A DNA stretch of 57,713 bases from Bdellovibrionales bacterium RIFOXYD1_FULL_55_31 (GTDB taxonomy: Bacteria > Bdellovibrionota > UBA1018). Each line of letters opens with the position of its first letter. Within the stretch, counting starts at the first letter, position 1. The notes beneath the pieces are model-generated. The model was not told the origin of the DNA. It was given only the letters and a program-made list of their open reading frames with translations, and ran no database searches. Positions 29,700 to 40,200 of this stretch are shown piece by piece. The stretch spans positions 1 through 57,713 of the forward strand of contig MEQK01000164.1 of assembly GCA_001770175.1 (NCBI GenBank), written 5' to 3'. The position numbers and the translations under genes are program-made.

Positions 29700-30626
29700 T
29701 CAAAATAGCCGGCAGCGCCGGCTCAGAAACTGTGTTGTGAGTTGTTCGGCTGTTTGAGTAAGAGCGGCGAGGGTTCTTCCTGAAAATGCTTCGAGTCTCT
29801 TTCGTGAGTTTTCGCACGCGACTTGATTTAAATCGTCATACTCATCCAGAAGGGCGATCGGGTATGGAGCGTTGCCGGTCGAAGAAAACAGTTTAGGAGT
29901 GCTGGCCGATAGACTGGGAAATAGTGCTGTTTCCTTGCCGAGCCTGCGTGTAAGTTCGTGATGCCACTTACCGACACGATAGAAGTCACGGCGGATTTTC
30001 TGTTTTTCGATCACGCGTTGCTGTCCATTGGCTTTGTTGGCGAGGTATGTCCAGCAACGCTGTTGTGAACTGCCCAGAACGGAGGCGAGCTCCATGCTGA
30101 CACTGCATTCTGCCGCCACAGCTTCGATTTCCCCCCCCTCACCTTCAATGGCCGCCCAGACGTAGCGTCCCGGGGTCAGGCCAGGATCGTAAGGGTCCCA
30201 AGCCGGACGTGCTGTCGCGTGGATCAGTTCGTGAGCGAGATCCAGAATCGTATCATTCAACGACTGTCCGGGCCGCAGATAAACGATCACCTCACGTCGG
30301 CGACTTTCCTGTCCTGTTTTTGGATCAAGCTGCCGGGTCAGAACTGCATCGGTCCTCGATGTTTCGCCCCAGCGGAGAAACTCGATGAGTTTTTCCGCCA
30401 GCTCCGGGCTATCCGTTTTTAGAGGCGGGGAACTCGGAGCACTGAAGTTCCATGCTTGTTGAGCCCGCTTCAGTAACGCTCTTCCGGACGGAACCGTTTG
30501 CAGGTACCCGATGGCTTTTCGGAGCACAGTTTTATCGGCTGAGTCTGGCCGATCACCCGAGGCAATCTGGGGCAACGAGTAGAGCGGAAGCAGAATCAGA
30601 ATGAAGGCGAGCAGGAGCCGAGCCAT
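29700..30626 (-). CDS. Secreted HEXXH protein, putative metallopeptidase
   Basis: Signal peptide; LAHELIHA and a later GEIEA. Confidence 0.6.
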   Translation of the reverse strand: MARLLLAFILILLPLYSLPQIASGDRPDSADKTVLRKAIGYLQTVPSGRALLKRAQQAWNFSAPSSPPLKTDSPELAEKLIEFLRWGETSRTDAVLTRQLDPKTGQESRRREVIVYLRPGQSLNDTILDLAHELIHATARPAWDPYDPGLTPGRYVWAAIEGEGGEIEAVAAECSVSMELASVLGSSQQRCWTYLANKANGQQRVIEKQKIRRDFYRVGKWHHELTRRLGKETALFPSLSASTPKLFSSTGNAPYPIALLDEYDDLNQVACENSRKRLEAFSGRTLAALTQTAEQLTTQFLSRRCRLF

Positions 30627-30856
30627 AACTTTTTATCGGTTTTTGGCTCAAATAGTTTACCTAAATACTTTGGTCGGTCACCTGTCTAAACCTTCGACAT
30701 ATTTCGTCATAAAGGGCGAAACTGGAGCAAGAGACGCTCGGCACAACATGTTGTAATAATGTGCAATTTTAATGTGCTATCACGCTTCGAGCGGGCACAG
30801 CGCTTGCTTAGAACGGCCGCGAGCAGACGTCCCCCAGGCTTGTTTCGGGGGATTAA

Positions 30857-31996
30857 GTGGAAGTGGAAAAGGCGGTTATTATGCGTCGCTCCTTCGGCCC
30901 GTGGGCCCCGTGGTTTGTTACATTTTCAGTCTCGTCTATCATGTTCAGCCTGAGCAGCTTGACCGTGTACGCGTATGTTGCACCTTTCATTAAGAACTGG
31001 GGTTTGAGCAACGCACAACGCAAGTCACACATCAGTGCCGTCGATGCTTGGAAGATCGAAGAAGGTAGCCGGGATGTGATCGTCGCGGTCATCGACACGG
31101 GGATTGATCCGACGCATAAAGCGCTCGTCAGGAATTTGTGGCGCCAACCGAACTCCAAAAATTCAAACGTGTTTGGCTGGAACTTTGTCACGGATCACCC
31201 GAACCCCGTCGATGACCATGGTCACGGGACTCATGTCGCCGGCATCATCGGCGCGGTCGGCGATCCTGAATCCGGTGTCAGCGGAGTGGCTCACAATGTC
31301 TCAATCATGGCCGTCAAATATTATTGGGAAGCCAATTCCGGGAAAGTGAATCTCGCCAATACGGTGAAAGCGATCAATTACGCGGTTGATCATGGCGCGA
31401 AGATCATTAATTACAGCGGCGGCGGCCCGGAGTTTTCAGAAGACGAGTATCTCGCGATCAAACGCGCCGAAGCACACGGCGTGCTCGTTGTCGCGGCGGC
31501 CGGAAATGAACATCAGAATTCCGACGTTCCGGAGAATTATTACTACCCAGCCGCTTACCAGCTCAGCAACATCATTTCGGTCGCGGCAACTGACATGAAC
31601 AATATGCTCCTCGCCTCCTCGAACTGGGGAAGCAAGGTCGACGTGGCCGCACCGGGCGAGAACATCTATAGCACTTTGCCGCAGAACCGTTATGGGATGA
31701 TGACCGGCACCTCGCAGGCAACGGCTTTCGTGAGCGGCGTCGCCGCGCTCCTTCTTTCAAAGGATCCGAAGCTGAAGCCGTTTCAAATCCGGGAGATCAT
31801 CAAAAAGTCTGTCGACCGGTTCGCGCATTTGCAGAACAAAACCGCTACCGGCGGCCGCGTGAATGCCTACTCAGCACTTCTCGCCCTCAAAGATCGCGGA
31901 AGGCTTGTCACGAATCCCGGGAAGTCGGACTTGGTGGCGCGAAGGCCGGTTTCTTTGCTGAGGTCCTTGATTGAATCGCCGGGTTTCGCCCAGTAA
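30857..31996 (+). CDS. S8 subtilisin-like serine peptidase
   Basis: Triad VAVIDTG / HGTHVAG / GTSQAT; AAAGN oxyanion motif. Confidence 0.93.
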   Translation: MEVEKAVIMRRSFGPWAPWFVTFSVSSIMFSLSSLTVYAYVAPFIKNWGLSNAQRKSHISAVDAWKIEEGSRDVIVAVIDTGIDPTHKALVRNLWRQPNSKNSNVFGWNFVTDHPNPVDDHGHGTHVAGIIGAVGDPESGVSGVAHNVSIMAVKYYWEANSGKVNLANTVKAINYAVDHGAKIINYSGGGPEFSEDEYLAIKRAEAHGVLVVAAAGNEHQNSDVPENYYYPAAYQLSNIISVAATDMNNMLLASSNWGSKVDVAAPGENIYSTLPQNRYGMMTGTSQATAFVSGVAALLLSKDPKLKPFQIREIIKKSVDRFAHLQNKTATGGRVNAYSALLALKDRGRLVTNPGKSDLVARRPVSLLRSLIESPGFAQ

Positions 31997-32073
31997 GACC
32001 GGGTAGGTTTGGCTTTGTGCGAATCTGCGTGAGAGCTACTGACACGACGCCGCTTCCAGTCTAAGATACCAGC

Positions 32074-33804
32074 ATGAAAGGGCATCCTCTTCAACTCCGG
32101 CCCGACCGGCTCATCTTGTTGTCCTCGATTCTGATCGTGTTGGCTTTTCCACCTTGGGATCTGAGTTTCCTGATCTGGATCGCGCTGATCCCCTGGTTCA
32201 TGGTTTTGAATCGGGCAAATTCGTACCGGAACGCCTTTATTCAGGGTCTATGGCTGAGCTTCTTCATGACCTTGGGCGGGTTCTATTGGGTCGCGTCGGT
32301 TCTGCATGAATTCGGCAACGTTCCCCTTCCCCTCAGTGTTCTCGGGCTTCTCCTGTTCGGACTTGTGTGCCAGCCGCAGTTCCTGATCACCTCTCCCTTA
32401 TTCGTGTTTTTCAAGAGAACAGAGGGGAGCTGGATTCACACCGCTTTTCGCGGGGCTCTGTTTGCGCTGTTTCTCGGGCTCGTCTACGTGGCCTGTGACT
32501 GGGTTATTCCCAAGCTCTTCGTCGACACGCTCGGGCACTCTCTTTACCGCGCTCGAAATCTTCGGCAGATCGCTGATTTTGGCGGAGCGCACCTCCTGAC
32601 CTTTTTGGTGTTCCTCTGTAATTTTTCGCTTTGGAAACTCTTAACGGGCGCCCAACACTCTTGGAAAGGCGCTCTGCGAACAGAGGGTTCGGCGGTTGTG
32701 TTGACCGCCGCGCTTTGTCTGGCGAGCTGGTATTACGGACATGAACGCAACAAAGCACTCAGTGTGGCCCTTGCAAATCCCACGGGTCACCTTCAGGTCG
32801 CGGTTATCCAGGGGAATATCGGCGATTTTGACAAAATTGCCGCCGAACGGGGAATACGAGGGGCAGGCGAGAAAGTCATGAGCACTTTCTTCGATTTGTC
32901 GGAGGAAGCGCTCAATCTGACGCCAAAACCGGATGTGCTGATCTGGCCTGAAACGGCCTATCCCTCCACTTTTCGAACGCCGCAGACGACCGAGGAGTTC
33001 GCGCGCGACCGTCAGGTCGAGTCCTTTGTGCGGAAGCGTGGCATACCTCTCCTTTTTGGTGGGTACGACCATTCATTCAACAAGGACTACAATTCGTTTT
33101 TCTTTCTGACTCCACTCCCTCAGACCGGAGCCGGCACGCTCGCTTCCTTGGAACAGCACGAGCTCGACCTCCAGATCTATCACAAGAACATTCTGCTTCT
33201 TTTCGGAGAATATATTCCCGGCGCGGAACGGATCCGGTTTCTCCGCGATCTTTTCCCGCAGGTCGGAAATTTTGGTCGTGGAGAAGGACCGATCACCCTC
33301 AAGATACGTTCCCGTAATTCAAAACTCCAGACGGTGCTCGCGGGTCCCGTTATTTGCTACGAGGCGCTCTTTCCGAACTACGTGATCGAAGCCGCCCGGC
33401 GCGGGAGTCAGATGATCCTGAATATCACGAACGACTCCTGGTTCGGACCTTTCGGAGAACCGCAGCTTCACCTTGCCCTTGTCACCTTCAGGAGTATCGA
33501 AACGAGGCTTCCGCAACTCCGGGCAACGAATACGGGGATTTCAGCGCTCATCCTCCCTAATGGCGAAATCGCGCAACGCACATCGATCGGGCAGCCTGAA
33601 GTCATGAATGCCCGCGTGCCGATTATTTCGCCCGTCCCTACTGTGCTCAAAAAATGGGGTGATTGGTTCGGCTCGTTTGCGTTCTTTTGCGGGATCATCG
33701 GAACAGCCGGTTTAGGACTATCGGCCCGCTCCCGTGCGGCGTCGCAAAGTCAGAGATCAGCCGGTTCCGGCAAATCGCGACGTTTTAGCCACAAAAGATC
33801 CTGA
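32074..33804 (+). CDS. lnt: Apolipoprotein N-acyltransferase
   Basis: TM region, QGNI, WPETA, YHKNILLLFGEYIP, ICYE, ITNDSWF, RATNTGIS. Confidence 0.93.
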   Translation: MKGHPLQLRPDRLILLSSILIVLAFPPWDLSFLIWIALIPWFMVLNRANSYRNAFIQGLWLSFFMTLGGFYWVASVLHEFGNVPLPLSVLGLLLFGLVCQPQFLITSPLFVFFKRTEGSWIHTAFRGALFALFLGLVYVACDWVIPKLFVDTLGHSLYRARNLRQIADFGGAHLLTFLVFLCNFSLWKLLTGAQHSWKGALRTEGSAVVLTAALCLASWYYGHERNKALSVALANPTGHLQVAVIQGNIGDFDKIAAERGIRGAGEKVMSTFFDLSEEALNLTPKPDVLIWPETAYPSTFRTPQTTEEFARDRQVESFVRKRGIPLLFGGYDHSFNKDYNSFFFLTPLPQTGAGTLASLEQHELDLQIYHKNILLLFGEYIPGAERIRFLRDLFPQVGNFGRGEGPITLKIRSRNSKLQTVLAGPVICYEALFPNYVIEAARRGSQMILNITNDSWFGPFGEPQLHLALVTFRSIETRLPQLRATNTGISALILPNGEIAQRTSIGQPEVMNARVPIISPVPTVLKKWGDWFGSFAFFCGIIGTAGLGLSARSRAASQSQRSAGSGKSRRFSHKRS

Positions 33805-34349
33805 ACCTTTAACTCATGGTTTGCCAGTCGGGCGCACACAAAAAGGTAATCGCTGAGACGATTGGCATATTCGAGAACTTCCGGGCGCAACGGCGGCTCA
33901 CCAGGCACGTGATGAAGGGCGACGAGTTCACGTTCCGCTCGTCGGGCGACCGTTCGCGCGAGGTGAAAAAGAGCGGCTATCCGGGTCCCTCCGGGAATGA
34001 TGAAGTCGGAAATGGTCGAGAGCCACTGCTCCATCCTGTCGATCTCGCTTTCAAGCCGGAGAATAAATTTTCGCTCGATTCTCTCCAGCAGCTGTTCGCG
34101 TCCTCCATTCGAAGTCGCGAGTTCCGCTCCCAAGACCAAAAGTTCTCCTTGTATTCGAATTAACCGTTCCCGAAGATCGCGCAGCCGTTCCGTTGCAAGA
34201 TAGCCCTCTTCTGCAAGGGCGAGTCCCAGAACCGCGTTTAGTTCGTCGAAATCGCCGTAAGCACGGACTCGCGGACTGTCTTTGGCCACTCTGAAGCCGC
34301 CAATCAGGCCGGTCTCGCCCTGATCACCTTTTCGCGTATAGATCTTCAA
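33750..34349 (-). CDS. pduO: PduO-type ATP:cob(I)alamin adenosyltransferase
   Basis: KIYTRKGDQGET, AYGDFDELN, FIIPGG, RTVARRAER, NRLSDYLF; TTG start. Confidence 0.9.
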   Translation of the reverse strand: MKIYTRKGDQGETGLIGGFRVAKDSPRVRAYGDFDELNAVLGLALAEEGYLATERLRDLRERLIRIQGELLVLGAELATSNGGREQLLERIERKFILRLESEIDRMEQWLSTISDFIIPGGTRIAALFHLARTVARRAERELVALHHVPGEPPLRPEVLEYANRLSDYLFVCARLANHELKVQDLLWLKRRDLPEPADL

Positions 34350-34407
34350 ACTCAATCCCCCGAAGGCGGCTGGCGCCCGTTTTTTTGAAACGATAATCAA
34401 AGTTTGC

Positions 34408-34436
34408 TTGACGCTCAAGCCTTCGGTAGATAAAAC
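34408..34436 (+). promoter_or_regulatory. Putative sigma70 promoter of tRNA-Gly
   Basis: TTGACG-N17-TAAAAC, 18 nt before the tRNA. Confidence 0.55.
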
Positions 34437-34454
34437 AGGCACCTCATAGTGAGC

Positions 34455-34531
34455 GCGGGCTTAGCTCAGTTGGCTAGAGCGCCACGTTGCCAACGTGGAG
34501 GTCGAGGGTTCGAACCCCTTAGCCCGCTCCA
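34455..34531 (+). tRNA. tRNA-Gly (GCC)
   Basis: Cloverleaf with acceptor GCGGGCT/AGCCCGC, anticodon arm CCACG-TTGCCAA-CGTGG, GTTCGAA T-loop and encoded CCA. Confidence 0.97.
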
Positions 34532-34622
34532 ATTTTCTGCCCCCTATCTCCTGTAAAAACATTGGTCAGTTTTGGACTTTGAACCTAAATCCGCAGATCT
34601 GGGCCCGTTCATGCCCCGGGTA

Positions 34623-34651
34623 TTTACAAGCACACTGTGTCTGATTATACT
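34623..34651 (+). promoter_or_regulatory. Putative sigma70 promoter
   Basis: TTTACA-N17-TATACT, then SD AAGGAGG before TTG 34702. Confidence 0.55.
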
Positions 34652-34701
34652 TAATACTTGACAGCCCTGGTCTACTTTTAGTTCCAAGGAGGCCGGTTAT
34701 T

Positions 34702-36345
34702 TTGTTAAAATTCACCCCGTTTTCCACTCATGTTCAGATCTCGGTCCTGATTGCCATCCTCGTCACTATGACAGGCTGCAGGCAAACGACAGGCCGCCCA
34801 TCCACACAGCCGTCGTACACTCCAGGCGGCAGCGTTGATCCGGGTTCGTCCTGGGTGCCCACAGGGCCCGCTTCTTATGTGAATGTGAACGGAAGCAATA
34901 CCTCCGGAGACGGTTCCCAGGAAAAGCCATGGGCTACGCTCTCGCATGCCTGCTCGCGCGTGACCTCGGCCGGAGAAGCGATCATCGTCGGCGCAGGGAC
35001 ATATCACGATTCCAATCAGTGCGTCCTTGCTCCAGGGGTCAGTATTAAAGGCGCCGGTCGCGCCCAAACCACGATCATCAGCAGCCTGAACGCACCCTAT
35101 GTTCAGGCAGTGTCGAATCCCGTGGTCGACGGCAATCAGTTCGTGAGTGATTTCAGGCTGGACGGCAACAATAAGGCTCTCTTGAACGGCATCAATGTCA
35201 CGGGGCGCAATCACTTCACGATCAAAAACATCGACTTCATCCGCATTAAATACAAAGCGATCAGTCTTCAAGGCACGGAGTGGTGGACCCATGCCGAACA
35301 GGACTACCCCGCTGTTCCCCCTCCGGCCTATGCCAGGGGAATTCTGGTCAAAGACGTCACGATCACCGGTTGCTCGAGCAATCAGTTCCAGGCAGCCGTT
35401 TGGGTGCAATCTCTCGAGGATGCGATTTTCGACAATATCGTGGTCGATGAATCAGCAGCCACGGGCGGACAAGGAAACCCGATGAAAAGCTGGCCGGGAT
35501 GGCTAAAACATTGCACGATCAAGAACTCCATCTTTACCGTGAATCAGAACAATTTGGGCGTCAATCCCGAACCGATCACGCTTGAACTCTGGAATATTGA
35601 ACAAGACACCGAAATCTATAACAACACATTCAATGACGGATACATTTCCCTCGTTTCCGGCCGAAAAAACGGCGGCACGAACGCACTCAGCTTTCATGAT
35701 AATCGTCTGAACAACTCGGCTCCTCTCGGTGTCGCTCATGAACTCGCGGTCAGCTACACCGATTTTTACAACAATTCCATTCACACCCAGTCTCTCGGAA
35801 TCTGGGCCGCCACCCACATGTACAATTTCGACGGGATAACGGATATCCGGGTCCACCATAACGTGATCCGAAGCACGAAGGGCAGCAACATCCAGATTCA
35901 GAACGGCCCGGGTGCCGTCGCGTTCAACAATATCTCGGTTTACAATAACGTTTTGGACTCGACCGATGGCACGTGGCCGAATGCGGGTGTGCTCGTTTCG
36001 CCGAACCTCAATACGAATTTCTCGAATATTTCGATTCAGAACAATATTTTCACGAACCTCGGTGTTGGTGTTTACTTTTACGGGGGAAACTCCTGGCGAG
36101 TGCAGCGACCGGTCGTCAAATACAATGACTTCTGGAATGTCAGTAAACAGGTTCAGAACGATGGCGTGACGAGTCCGACAATATCGAACAATTATTCCGT
36201 CGATCCCCTTTTCATGAAAACAGGCGCCCGGCCGAACCCCTACTATCTTCTGCAAACATCAAGTCCGCTGATCAATATGGGAGCCAACGTCGGCTTGCCG
36301 TATCTCGGGACAGCTCCCGATATCGGCGCCTACGAGATGAGATAA
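34702..36345 (+). CDS. Lipoprotein with right-handed parallel beta-helix domain
   Basis: Lipobox MTGC; GDGSQEKPWATL, GAGTY, Asn-ladder repeats (IYNN, HHNVI, IQNNIF), C-terminal PDIGAYE. Confidence 0.82.
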   Translation: MLKFTPFSTHVQISVLIAILVTMTGCRQTTGRPSTQPSYTPGGSVDPGSSWVPTGPASYVNVNGSNTSGDGSQEKPWATLSHACSRVTSAGEAIIVGAGTYHDSNQCVLAPGVSIKGAGRAQTTIISSLNAPYVQAVSNPVVDGNQFVSDFRLDGNNKALLNGINVTGRNHFTIKNIDFIRIKYKAISLQGTEWWTHAEQDYPAVPPPAYARGILVKDVTITGCSSNQFQAAVWVQSLEDAIFDNIVVDESAATGGQGNPMKSWPGWLKHCTIKNSIFTVNQNNLGVNPEPITLELWNIEQDTEIYNNTFNDGYISLVSGRKNGGTNALSFHDNRLNNSAPLGVAHELAVSYTDFYNNSIHTQSLGIWAATHMYNFDGITDIRVHHNVIRSTKGSNIQIQNGPGAVAFNNISVYNNVLDSTDGTWPNAGVLVSPNLNTNFSNISIQNNIFTNLGVGVYFYGGNSWRVQRPVVKYNDFWNVSKQVQNDGVTSPTISNNYSVDPLFMKTGARPNPYYLLQTSSPLINMGANVGLPYLGTAPDIGAYEMR

Positions 36346-36351
36346 GCTTTT

Positions 36352-37119
36352 CTATTTAAATCGCGATTCGGCGAAGGCGGCGGCGAAGTCGTCGGGCAGG
36401 TCGCCGTCATAGAGATTCGTCAGGATATTCTCGCGATCCGTCCGGGGGAGATCCACATCGCTCGCAATAAATTGCCCCCAGAAATTTCTGTAATACCCGA
36501 AAACCGATTCTTCGAACGTCTGCTCGTAAATCGCGGCGATATTCTGATTGCGCCTCAGGCGATCACGACCGGCGGGCGTTCTTGCCGCCATCATGCGCCG
36601 AAGGTTCACATAGTTTTGAACCGTAATCGTGATGAAAGCCGCGTAAGCTTCTTCATGAAAGCCAAATGGATGAGATGAGTAGAGTTGAACGGCACTTTTA
36701 TACCATTCCCGGTAAAAGCCCTCCTCAGTGCGTTTGGCGACGGTTGCAAAGTAACAGTGAAAAAGCTCGTGAGCGACCGTCGCGACCTCGTCGTCCGAGA
36801 GTTCAGCGAACTTTTTCATAGCTCCGGTTCGTCGGTCCTGCATTTCAAGGCCGAAGGTAATCCGGTTCGTAAGGCGGTTGTAGACGGCGATTGCATTCTC
36901 AGGAAGCGCGGCAAAACCGATTCCACTGAGATTTTGTAATGCTTGTTTCAAATACCGAACGGGGGCGCGAAGTTCGGTCATCCCCTGAACGAAGTCAGAG
37001 CTGACACTGGTCGAGTCAGCCCAGCTACTGGGAAGGGTCAAAGAAGCCACTCCTCCGGCCAGAATGATTGCCACAATTGCGCGGCCGAACTGACGAGCAG
37101 CTGATTGAGTCCGTCCCAT
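36352..37119 (-). CDS. Secreted HEXXH protein, putative gluzincin-like peptidase
   Basis: Signal peptide; VAHELFHC and HEEAYA. Start approximate. Confidence 0.6.
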   Translation of the reverse strand: MGRTQSAARQFGRAIVAIILAGGVASLTLPSSWADSTSVSSDFVQGMTELRAPVRYLKQALQNLSGIGFAALPENAIAVYNRLTNRITFGLEMQDRRTGAMKKFAELSDDEVATVAHELFHCYFATVAKRTEEGFYREWYKSAVQLYSSHPFGFHEEAYAAFITITVQNYVNLRRMMAARTPAGRDRLRRNQNIAAIYEQTFEESVFGYYRNFWGQFIASDVDLPRTDRENILTNLYDGDLPDDFAAAFAESRFK

Positions 37120-37266
37120 TCCTGGCCCCCTTTCGGTACCACTCATCCCATAAATGGCTATGCGTGTCAAAAACGAATAAAGATTGATCTGTTCGGGCCA
37201 TTTGTGCTTTCTTCTACAGGGGTTGCACGGCCGCAACGCCACACAGAGAATGCGAGTACATTTCTA

Positions 37267-40200
37267 ATGAGCCCTGTCACAACAAGCCGTTCAGAACTTC
37301 TGCGAAGGCATCTCAGTCAACGCATTCTCGTCCTTGATGGCGCGATGGGAACAGCGATCCAGAAATTCAACCTGACAGCCGAAGATTTCGGAGGTTCTGA
37401 TCACGAAGGATGCAATGAGAATCTCGTACTCACCCGGCCCGAGGTCATCCGCCGGATTCACGAGAGCTATCTCGAGGCAGGGTGCGACATTATCGAAACA
37501 AATACTTTTGGAGCCACCCCGCTCGTTCTCGATGACTACAACTTAGGGTCCCGGTCCCACGAGATCAACGTCACGGCCGCTAAACTGGCACGCGATGCCG
37601 CGGAAAAGTATTCGACTTCCGCCCATCCGCGTTTTGTCGCAGGCTCGATCGGGCCCACGACAAAAGCAATTTCCGTCACGGGTGGGATTTCTTTCGACGA
37701 ACTTCAGGAAAATTTTCACCAACAGGCGAGAGCTCTTGTCGACGGCGGTGTGGATTACCTGCTGCTGGAAACCTGCCAGGACACGAGAAATGTCAAAGCG
37801 GCCCTCCTCGCGATTGATCGCCTGTTCAGTGAAATGGGTCGGGAAATCCCGATCGCGGTTTCGGGAACGATCGAGGCCTCGGGAACGATGCTCGCGGGAC
37901 AATCCATTGAGGCTTTCCTTGCCTCCCTCTCTCATCTCGAGCTTCTCTATATCGGGATTAATTGCGCGACCGGCCCCGAACTGATGGCCGATCATATCCG
38001 CCCCTTGGCTCGACTTTCGAGATTGCCCGTCGCCTGCGTTCCAAACGCGGGATTGCCTGACGAGCATGGCGATTATCTCGAGACCCCCGAAATGGTCTCG
38101 AATGTCCTGAAACGCTTCCTGACGAACCGGTGGATCAATGTGCTCGGTGGTTGCTGCGGAACACAACCGAGCCACATCGAAGCCCTCACCCGTCTCGCGC
38201 GTGACCATGCGCCGCGAACCGAGTTCGCTACTCCCCGATCTTTTCTTTCGGGCGTCGACTATCTCGAAGTTACGGACGAGGTACGCCCGGTCATTGTCGG
38301 AGAACGGACAAACGTGATCGGGAGCAGGAAATTCAAGAACCTCATTTGCGAAGAAAAATTTGATGAAGCATCTGAGATTGCGCGAGTTCAGGTAAAGAAC
38401 GGCGCCCAGGTGATTGATGTTTGTCTTGCGAATCCCGATCGGGACGAGCTTAAGGATATGCGAACTTTCATGGAGCACGCTTCAAAAAAGGTTCGAGTTC
38501 CTTTTATGATTGATACGACCTCACCGGAGGTCCTGGCTGCGGCTCTGACCTATTGCCAGGGAAAAACCATCATCAACTCCGTCAACCTCGAGGACGGGGA
38601 GGCCCGCTTCCGTAAGATTGTTCCCCTCGCCCGCAGGTTCGGCGCCGCCCTTGTCGTCGGCACGATCGACGATCACCCAGCGCAAGGAATGGGCATTTCG
38701 CGGGAACGTAAGCTCGCGATCGCTGAACGGTCTTACGAGCTCCTGACCGGAACCTACGGAATGCCCCCCGAAGACCTCTACTTCGATCCTCTCGTCTTTC
38801 CGTGCGCAACCGGAGACTCTCAATATGTCGGTTCGGCAATCGAGACGATTGAAGGTGTTCGCCTGATCAAGTCCCGGTTCCCGAGATCAAAGACGATTCT
38901 CGGGATTTCAAACGTAAGCTTCGGCCTTCCTGCGGCCGGGCGCGAGATTCTGAATTCCGTTTTTCTCTATCATGCAGTTCGTGCGGGACTTGACTTGGCG
39001 ATCGTGAATTCGGAAAAGCTGGAACGTTATGCGATGATCCCCGAAAGGGACCGCGAACTCGCCGAAGATCTTCTGTACAACCGCGGAACAGACCCGGTTT
39101 CAGCTTTCGCCACGCACTTTCGTGACCGCAAACCGGCGGAACGCACGGAGAAGCAAAAACTTCCGCTGCTCGAACGACTCGCACGGTCGATCATTGAAGG
39201 TTCCAAGGAAGGACTGGAAGCGGACATCAAAGAAGCCGTTCAACAACTCCGCCCTCTCGAAATCATCAACGGCCCGCTCATGAAAGGCATGGACGAGGTC
39301 GGCCGCCTGTTTAAGGCGAACCAGCTCATCGTCGCCGAGGTTCTCCAATCCGCTGAAGCGATGAAAACGGCCGTTTCCCATCTCGAACCTTACATGCAGA
39401 AATCCGAGACGAGTTCGCGGGGAAAAGTCCTCCTCGCGACCGTCAAAGGCGACGTTCACGACATCGGAAAAAACCTGGTGGAAATTATCCTGGCCAATAA
39501 CGGCTTTGAAGTCGTGAACCTCGGGATCAAAGTCCCGACCGAGGATCTGATTCAGGCTGCACGTGAACACCAGCCCGACATCATCGGCCTGTCGGGGCTT
39601 CTCGTCAAATCAGCCCAGCAAATGGTAGCGACGGCCGAAGACTTCTCGAGGGCGGGCGTGACAACTCCGGTCCTCGTCGGCGGCGCCGCACTGTCCTCCA
39701 GTTTCGTCGATAAGCACATTGCCAAAGCCTACGGCCAAGGAACGGTCGCTTATGCGTCCGATGCCATGGCCGGTTTGGAACTCGCCAAAAGGATCGTCAA
39801 CCCTCAACACTTTGAAAAGCTCAAGACGGAACTCGCTTCACGGCGAGAACACTCCACGAGTATCCCGAGTCAGGACCGCCCGGACAGCGCGAAAGCATCC
39901 CCGGAAGTCCGATCGGCCAAAATCGAACTTCTTCGTGAGTTACCCTCCCCTCCCGACTTTAGGCGCCACGTACTTCGAAACACCCCGCTCGAACAAATCT
40001 GGCGATTCGTCAATCCGCTCATGCTTTACGGACGTCATCTCGGAATCAAAGGCAGCACGGTGCGCCTGCTCGAAGCCGCTCATCTGCCCGAAGTAGCCTC
40101 CTCCGATCCAAAGGCTCTCTCCATCTGGAACACCGTCGAAGAAGTCAAAGCCGAGTACTCCGAAGGCAGCGGCGAAATTTTTCAGCCTTCGGCGATCTTT

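Noticed and set aside
33750-33804. 55-nt convergent overlap of lnt and pduO as antisense regulation
   Set aside because: It involves only low-complexity C-terminal tails, which is common in compact genomes.
34368-34386. GGCG-N5-CGCC hairpin with T-tract as a terminator
   Set aside because: The stem is only 4 bp and no plus-strand gene ends nearby.
37120-37266. SAM or cobalamin riboswitch before metH
   Set aside because: No SAM-I core or B12-box recognised in this short divergent intergenic region.
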